The notes beneath the pieces are model-generated. The model was given only the letters and a program-made list of their open reading frames with translations, did not search any database and was not told the origin of the DNA. Shown here piece by piece: positions 60,025 to 64,000 of a stretch of 64,000 nucleotides of DNA (position 1 is its first letter; each line of letters opens with the position of its first letter). The stretch lies in NCBI GenBank assembly GCA_951406725.2, contig OX597814.1, positions 100,192,001-100,256,000 on the forward strand, given 5' to 3'. Source of the DNA: Octopus vulgaris. Lineage: Eukaryota. The position numbers were made by a program, and so were the translations under genes.

Positions 60025-60337
60025 AGTATATCTGCGTGTATGTGTGTGTGTTTATGTGTTTAGCAAAGAATGAATTAATACAAGAGTTGAAAATCCGTAG
60101 GATGATAGAGATGCATACATTTGTATTTTATTTATTAGAAAGTGCTTACTAAAATATAAGGGCGAGGTGGTCTATTTCGTTTCTTTTGTTCTGTACCATT
60201 GTTCACACAACTGTTGTTTCTGCGAAGGTCATCTGTCACCTACTTATTTCCAACGTTCAAAATATACGAAACTTGCCCGTTCACAAGCATACACAAACAT
60301 ACACCCAAACTCTTCCATATCTGTATAACTATATATA

Positions 60338-60410
<73 letters not shown>

Positions 60411-60694
60411 ATGTGTGTGTGTGTCTTTGTGTGTGTATCTGAGTATTATGTATATATATATATATATATATGTCGATACATAACTTTAAGTATGCATATG
60501 TGCATATGTATGGCAGCTTAGACACACACACTGAGACACACACACACACTCACACATATACACATGCGCACATGCAATTGTATACGGATATATGAACTTA
60601 CAATAGATATGTGATGTGGTTTTACTTTTAAATGGTATATTAACATAGTATAAATATGATATAAACATACATATGTTTATATATTTCACACACA

Positions 60695-60733
<39 letters not shown>

Positions 60734-60812
60734 ATCTATATATACATATACATACACACATATACACTTAAATAGACAGACAGATAGGCAAAAACTGAGA
60801 TAAATAAATAAT

Positions 60813-60868
<56 letters not shown>

Positions 60869-61201
60869 CACGTATAAAAATATTTTGATATATATAAAGA
60901 CAAATGAAAAAAAATGTTTTCTTTTGACAAACATGCAATAATAGACATAATGCGAAAAGTAAACAACACTTATATGGTTACATGAACATAGAGAAGCATA
61001 AAAGAAAGCAAAAATGATCGATCGTGCATTCACTGTCATTTAAAGTTCCGAGTTCATAGCACTCAGATTTACTCAGGTAGTATAAATAGCTATGTCGGTG
61101 TGAAGAATGTGTATGCATACACACAGATCACACTCACACACGCACATACGCAGACGTGTATGAGTTTGTAAGAGAGAGATAGAGTACCTGTATATATATA
61201 C

Positions 61202-61480
<279 letters not shown>

Positions 61481-61695
61481 CATATATGTGTGTATATATA
61501 TGTGTGTTTGTGTGTGTATGTGTGTGTATATATGTAAATATATACACGTATTTATATTATATAAATTATATATTTTTTATGTATTATATATATATATATT
61601 CTATGATATATTATATATATTATATATATACACACATATATGTATGTATACCTACATACATATATGTATGTATACCTACATACATATATGTATAT

Positions 61696-62020
61696 ATTTT
61701 TTATTCCTTTCAGCAATGCAGCTGCGGTCATGCTGGAGCTCCACCGTGATTTTTTTTTACTTTTGTTCTTTGACTAATTCTTATCAGGGTGAGGAAATTT
61801 CATATCACCACTCCTGCATGTGTCTTTGCTCTTGGTTCTTGACTCATCAGGTGCATGTGGGAGTTTGACATTGCTGCCCTTAATTGCTCTTCATTGAAGG
61901 CCGGTGGTACATCTGGTATCGGTTATAGGAGAATGTCCAGTTTCTTTTAGAATACATGCAATTCCACACTCAAGACCTGTAGGCCTCTCAAGCCCACGCT
62001 ATTATAGTACCTGGACCTAT
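61696..62020 (-). mobile_element. Decayed 3' end of a CR1/L2-group LINE (ORF2 C-terminus plus 3' UTR tail)
   Basis: Minus strand reads RSRYYNSVGLRG...VF*KKLDILL*PIPDVP...RAAMSNS with two stops, resembling the FK.KLD..L..IPD.P motif, then the ggtggagctccagcatgacc...gctgaaa tail. Confidence 0.65.
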
Positions 62021-62178
62021 CTGGTCCTCGGTAAATTTTGAGCGATAAGATGGATATCCAGCTACGACATATGAATAAAACATGATGCCGTAATCAAATA
62101 AGAGCTCTACAAGAATTTTCCATATGCACATTATTATATATGTGTATGTAGATGCACACTTACAAATATGATACGCTA

Positions 62179-62270
62179 TATTCTTACACACTTATACCCG
62201 TCATTATGTTTATACGTGAGAAGTATATGGGCGAATGCATGAATGTATACACATATCAATATCGCGTGGG

Positions 62271-62309
<39 letters not shown>

Positions 62310-62675
62310 TAGCAGTATCGCCCGGCGTTGCTCAGGTTTGTAAGGGAAATAACTATAAAGCATTTTTAGAGAGTTATAGCCAAAAAATAGCAAAAAAATG
62401 GGAAAAAAATGATGGTAAATTTTTTTTGAGAGTTAAAAAAGGTGGAGTTGCGTCCCCTAGATGGTCTGTGGTTTGGGTTTCGGATTCTCGACCCCATGTC
62501 GAATTTATCGATTTTTTTCAGAACTGGGGGAACTTTTCAAAATTTTCGCTGCGTTAGTTTTGAATTATGACATTGGGCTATGTGTGTGTCAAGTTTCATC
62601 AGAATCGGTTGAAAGCCGTGGTCAGAGTGAGGGTACGAGAAAACAGACACACAGAAAACGCACAGACAAACTGCC

Positions 62676-62733
<58 letters not shown>

Positions 62734-62813
62734 TTTTATGTACATATACATACATATATGTATACATATAAATATACATATACATATATATCTATAGACT
62801 TATATAGACATAC

Positions 62814-62850
<37 letters not shown>

Positions 62851-62878
62851 CATATATATATATATATATATTTACCTA

Positions 62879-62917
<39 letters not shown>

Positions 62918-63209
62918 CTATATATCTATCTCTTTATATTTGTGTGTATATATATATATGGGGGTTTGTGTGTGTGTGTGAGTTATGAATACGCACACTC
63001 AGATATATATATATATATATATATATACCTTTACCTATTCTTATATATGCATATACATACATATATATATATATATATATCTTTATATATGTATATATAT
63101 ATATATATATGAGATATGAACATACATGATATGAATATGTGTATACATTCATGCATTCGGCTATACTCTTACGTATCAGCATAATGACGGGTATCTGTAT
63201 GTAAAAATA
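62179..63209. repeat. Inverted repeat pair (62179-62277 and 63114-63209) enclosing TA tracts and a Helitron
   Basis: atacccgtcattatg...cgaatgcatgaatgtatacacatat versus atatgtgtatacattcatgcattcg...cataatgacgggtat. Confidence 0.85.
62309..62690 (-). mobile_element. Non-autonomous Helitron, second copy
   Basis: Reverse complement of 28702-29086 with a handful of differences. CTAG end at 62309; the 5' end merges into (TA)n. Confidence 0.85.
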
Positions 63210-63224
63210 CAGTTTTTTTTTTCT

Positions 63225-63411
63225 ATTATTTGTTCCATTCCTTTAACTGCGGCCATGCTGGACCACCGCCTTTAGTCGGTGTAATCGACCCCAGGACTTA
63301 TTCTTTCTAAGCCTAGCACTTATTCTATCAGTGTCTTTTGCCGTACCGCAAAATTATGGGGACGTAAACACACCAGCATTGTTTGTCAAGCGGTGCTGGA
63401 GGACAAACACA

Positions 63412-63415
<4 letters not shown>
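63225..63415 (-). mobile_element. SINE family A 3' half
   Basis: actgcggccatgctggaccaccgcctttagtcg...aatcgaccccaggacttattct...; complementary to 59200-59290. Confidence 0.8.
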
Positions 63416-63495
<80 letters not shown>

Positions 63496-63589
63496 TATAT
63501 ATACATATAATATATATATAATATATATACATATAATATATATATAATATATATACATATAATATATATACATATAATATATATATATA

Positions 63590-63622
<33 letters not shown>

Positions 63623-63648
63623 CATACATATATACATATATATATATA

Positions 63649-63687
<39 letters not shown>

Positions 63688-63759
63688 CATATATACATAT
63701 TTATATACATATATACATATATATATATCATATATATATATACATATATATATCATATA

Positions 63760-63793
<34 letters not shown>

Positions 63794-64000
63794 CATACAT
63801 ACACACACCACACATACACTCACATATATTTGCCTATGCGTGAAGCCGGGTTTTTTTTCGATTAAAGAGGTTTTCGAAAATTTTGCTTACTGTGCAAGTT
63901 TAACCACTCACAGTCATGTCCTATAAACATCCTTTATAAAGTTCCTCTTTTATAGTGTTCAGTACCCATTTTATGCTTGGAATCGTACCATAAATTTCTG

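Overview
This window is very AT-rich, microsatellite-saturated eukaryotic intronic or intergenic DNA. The repeat complement (two tRNA-derived SINE families, CR1/L2-like and RTE-like LINE remnants, non-autonomous Helitrons, dense TA/TATC/CA tracts) resembles an octopus (coleoid cephalopod) genome; this is an inference from pattern recognition. No intact protein-coding gene is supported: the supplied ORFs are mostly translated microsatellites or repeats. The main signal is a set of short insertions in (TA)n tracts carrying hammerhead ribozyme (HHR) motifs, often arranged as foldbacks, as in Penelope-like elements and retrozymes. The top candidate is a near-identical 843-bp tandem array (24106-26087, about 2.35 units). 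Each unit carries, on the minus strand, three HHR-like strands with perfect stems I and III but in a non-circularly permuted order and with a non-canonical stem II. All pairings and identities were judged by eye; nothing was computed or searched.
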